DNA of 64,000 nt, taken from contig NC_083231.1 of assembly GCF_032191835.1 (NCBI RefSeq), forward strand, positions 31,682,001 through 31,746,000, written 5' to 3'. Under the pieces are notes generated by a model that was given only the letters and a program-made list of their open reading frames with translations, was not told the DNA's origin and did no database searches. The DNA comes from Heteronotia binoei (taxonomy: Eukaryota). Positions 60,796 through 64,000 of the stretch are shown here, one piece after another (position 1 is the first letter of the stretch; each line of letters begins with the position of its first letter). Position numbers and translations under genes: made by a program.

Positions 60796-61451
60796 CAGAG
60801 GCGTCACTAGGGTGGGTTGCACCCTGGGGCCAAGTGCGTGGGTTGCACCCTGGGGCCAAGTGCGCGAGAGGTGCATCTTGCAACCCGGTGGTGGGTAAGT
60901 AGCCCCTGGCTGCGCCTTTTGGTTCCAAGTTCTGCACGCCCTCCTTTGCAACAGGCTGCTGTTCCGCGACGTGCATCTGCCTGTCTGTCTCTCTCTCCAG
61001 CTTCGCTTGGTGCGCCCCTCGGCAGAGAGAATGGTTGTTTTCGGGGCCGGGTGCTGCAAAACCCGGCGGGGTGGGATCCTCTTAAAAACCTGGATCCGAT
61101 ACTAGGGACGCCAAGCTGCCGAGCAATACAGGGCTCTGCAGCAAAGCGGGAGAAAAAAAATACGGGGGGGGGTAGTGGGCTTTGAGGCCAGCAGCTTCGT
61201 AAATAAATAAGCATGTCTTGGTAGATCTGGGTGGGCAGCCGTGTTGGTCTGAAGCAGAGACTTAGCTGCGTCCCAGCGCCATCCCCCTCTCCTCCGACTC
61301 CATGGGTGACTCACTGCTGCAGGCGCGGGCTCCGGGCGGGCAGCAACTAGAGGCGGCCGTCGACGCTTGCACAAGGCGGAGAGGGGGGCCAATGAGAATG
61401 CTCTGGGGGAGGGCCAATGGCCCCCTTGGCCCCGCCCCAGTGACGCCGCTG
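60796..61451. mobile_element. Young CpG-rich hAT (Tip100-like) non-autonomous element
   Basis: CAGAGGCGTCACT / AGTGACGCCGCTG ends; perfect 8-bp TSD TTCAGTAG; subterminal 26-bp tandem (60812-60863). Confidence 0.9.
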
Positions 61452-61504
61452 TTCAGTAGCCCTGGGAATCCACACATTTCCCATGAATCCATGCACCTGG
61501 CATG

Positions 61505-61698
61505 CAATGTTCCCTCTAAACTGCAGAGTCTTGCGAGCAAAAATTCTACTTTGTGAGCTGCTTGCATTAAAGTTGTGAGCGACTGCATAAATTTGTGTGC
61601 TCTGGGGTCATCCTTTCTGAGTGAAGACAAAAATGTGTGAGCTGGAGGCTAAAAATATGTGAGCTAGCTCACGCTAACTCAGCTTAGAGGGAACACTG
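61505..61698. mobile_element. hAT MITE (CAGTGTTCCCTCTAAG TIR)
   Basis: CAATGTTCCCTCTAA / TTAGAGGGAACACTG ends; TSD CTGGCATG / CTGACATG (7/8). Confidence 0.9.
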
Positions 61699-62356
61699 CT
61701 GACATGCTACTGCATGTCAGTAGCATGTCAGATGCATGGATTCAGGGAAAATGGACATAATCCAGAGCCCCTCACCAGTCCTGCCTGTTGCTGCTGTTGG
61801 TATGTTTGAGGGGAAAAGGGAAGGAACATCTGACACTGAATCTATTTCATGCCATTCTCAAACTTGGGAGTTCTGCAGTGCAATCCTTAGAACATTTCCC
61901 TTGGAGTAAACTCCACTGAACAGAGCTAAATTGGGTTCCGATTAGCGTTACCTCACTCCAGAACTGAGGAAGTATACTTCTGGAGACGGGGGTATTTGAC
62001 CACAACCTCTCCAGTTTTGAAATCCAGCATTTATTCATAACTCAGTGTTTTCTGCTTGTGACTGATTTACCCAATACATGATTACTTATGTATTTTCGTT
62101 TGCTTCATTTATACTCTACCTTCCTCCCAAGTGCGGACCCAAAGCAGCTTACATCATCTTCCTTTCTATAGTGCTGGACTGAAGTTGCTAACCAGATGCA
62201 GGGGTGATGGGGATGTCCTGTCCTTTTAAGGAGTGGAAATGAGCAGCTGAAACATTTCATGGCCTGACATTAAATAACATCTTCTGATAACTGCTTGCAA
62301 ATCAAACTGATATTAAAGAGACAGAGGGTCCAGTTTAAAAGTTGGCAATACTACCA

Positions 62357-62657
62357 AATTCACTGCCAGAGGATGCAGTGATGGATACAGAAATAAACAG
62401 CTTTAAAGGGGGATTAGATAGATTGATGCAGGATAGGTCTGTCAGTGGCCACTAGCCATGATAACTGAGGGTGATCTCCACATTTAGAGACACTAAACCT
62501 CTGAATCTCCAAGCCAGGAGGCAACATCAAGAGAAGACCTCAGCCTCTATGCCCTGTTGTTGGTCCTCCAGAGTAACTGGTTGGCCACTGTGTGAGACAA
62601 AATGCTGGACTAGATAGACATTGGTTTGATCCAGCAGGACTCTTCTTATGTTCTTAT
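62357..62657 (+). mobile_element. CR1 3' end (last ORF2 codons and 3' UTR)
   Basis: AATTCACTGCCAGAGGATG...TTTAAAGGGGGATTAGAT...CTTATGTTCTTA. Confidence 0.88.
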
Positions 62658-63179
62658 CCTGGACCAGTGTGTTTTGGCTAGAAATTCTGAAACCTTCCCA
62701 AGTTCAGAAATGGCTAACAAAGCTGATCATGGTGTTAAATTCTATTAGTCACTAAATAGAATTTCACTGATCTGATAAGTTTGTGTCCAGTGTATGACAC
62801 TGCATCATAATGAGTGATACCACTCACCCATCTTGCTCTGTACTGTCTTTTCTGAGTGGCAAGAAGGTCTGAAGCAGGAGTCTTCTTCAGCCTCCAACCT
62901 CAGATCCATTAACTACAGCTAACCCAGAGACCTGCATACAAATGTGCTCTGCCACTGAGCTAATGTCAAATACATTCTAATCCCCTCTCTACATATATAC
63001 ATTCTCTAATGTGAGTGCTGTTATGAGGTGAGAAAAATTAAAAATGGGAACATGAGAAGGAGCAGAAAGTACACAGCAAATATGCTTTCTGTAATGAGAA
63101 ATAAAAATCACTCAAAATTATGAGAAGGTAATTTTGAAAACTGGGCAGTGCTGAAAGCTGTGCAGCAAATCACATTGGT

Positions 63180-63560
63180 TTTTTTTAAAAATAGATTTAT
63201 TTATTGAATCTAATCCAATACAAAGGGAACATAGGGAAAGTAAATAATAAAAATATAAATCTAACATACACATTGGGGTGGACCCTACCCCTATCCTACC
63301 ACTCTACTGAGCAATATGTATTTTTTATATAAATATATCCCACCTTTCCTTTTGGATCAAGTTTGAAGCCTTCCTCCAATCTAAGTAGCCTTCCTTCAAA
63401 GGAATTGGCTTTTCTATTGAAGGATGCTCCCCTTAAGTCAAAAGAAGGCTCCTTAGGCTGGAGGAGGACTGCTTGGAGGATGGTTGAAGCCATCTCATCA
63501 GTCCAGAGGTGTTTTGATGCACACTAGAATCTCATCCACAGGAGGTTTGCTGAACAGAGT
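63180..63560 (-). mobile_element. Possible L1/Tx1-like LINE 3' end or retrocopy remnant
   Basis: Minus-strand AATAAA followed by a short A run; upstream ERWDIFI* resembles an L1 ORF2 terminus; weak. Confidence 0.35.
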
Positions 63561-63574
63561 TGAGCCTAGAATGA

Positions 63575-63793
63575 GAGGCAGTGGTGGGAAATGCTGTCAA
63601 CTCATAGCCAACTTATGGTGACCCTGTAGGGTTTTCAAGGCAAGAGATGTTCAGAGGTGGTTTGCAATTGCCTGCCTCTACTGAGCAACCCTTGACTTCC
63701 TTGATGGTCTCCCATCAAAATACTAATCAGGGCAGACTCTACTTAGCTTCAGAGATCTGGCAAGATCAGGCTAGCCTGGGCTATTCAGTTCAG
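63575..63793 (-). mobile_element. 5S rRNA-derived SINE with Bov-B tail, full length
   Basis: 5S head and tail; TSD GCCTAGA(A/G)TGA (63564-63574, 63794-63804). Confidence 0.9.
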
Positions 63794-63833
63794 GCCTAGA
63801 GTGAATACTTCTTTCACGTGTGTGTGTGTAGCT

Positions 63834-63980
63834 GGCTCAAGGTTGACTCATCCTTCCATCCTTCTGAGGTTAGTATAATGAGTACCCAACTTGCCGGGGG
63901 TAAAGTGTAGATGACTGGGGAAGGCAATGGCAAACCACCCTGTAAAATGTCTGCCAAGAAAACGTTGTGATGTGACATCA
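63834..63980 (+). mobile_element. Sauria SINE, 5'-truncated
   Basis: GGCTCAAGGTTGACTCA.CCTTCCATCCTTC...ATGACTGGGGAAGGCAATGGCAAACCACC. Confidence 0.85.
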
Positions 63981-64000
63981 TATCAATATTGGTGTGATGT

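Noticed and set aside
60812-60863. 26-bp direct repeat resembling a CRISPR repeat
   Set aside because: Only two adjacent units with no spacers, inside a eukaryotic hAT element.

Overview
Vertebrate nuclear DNA, squamate and most likely a gecko, judged from its repeat families: abundant tRNA-headed SINEs, 5S-headed SINEs, a Sauria SINE, and CR1, L2, Bov-B and R4 LINE fragments. The window is intronic or intergenic and dominated by transposons. I could not identify a host protein-coding gene; only weak exon candidates are visible. The two long ORFs are retroelement-derived. One is an uninterrupted 1037-aa pol of a chromodomain-bearing Ty3/Gypsy (Sushi-like chromovirus) element that keeps one LTR but has lost gag and the other LTR (55829-59485, minus). 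The other is a young, 5'-truncated RTE-X-like LINE ORF (23819-25293). There are also at least eight families of non-autonomous hAT-type MITEs, many with checkable 8-bp TSDs, one clear solo LTR and two LTR-like segments, Penelope-derived fragments, several nested insertions and two assembly gaps. I found no convincing novel biological system. The best leads are the intact gag-less chromovirus pol, an unexplained ungapped 175-bp inverted repeat around 677 bp of unique DNA (34847-35873), a possible hAT hairpin footprint (61699-61731), and MITEs with variable or captured interiors. Family names come from motif recognition, not database searches.
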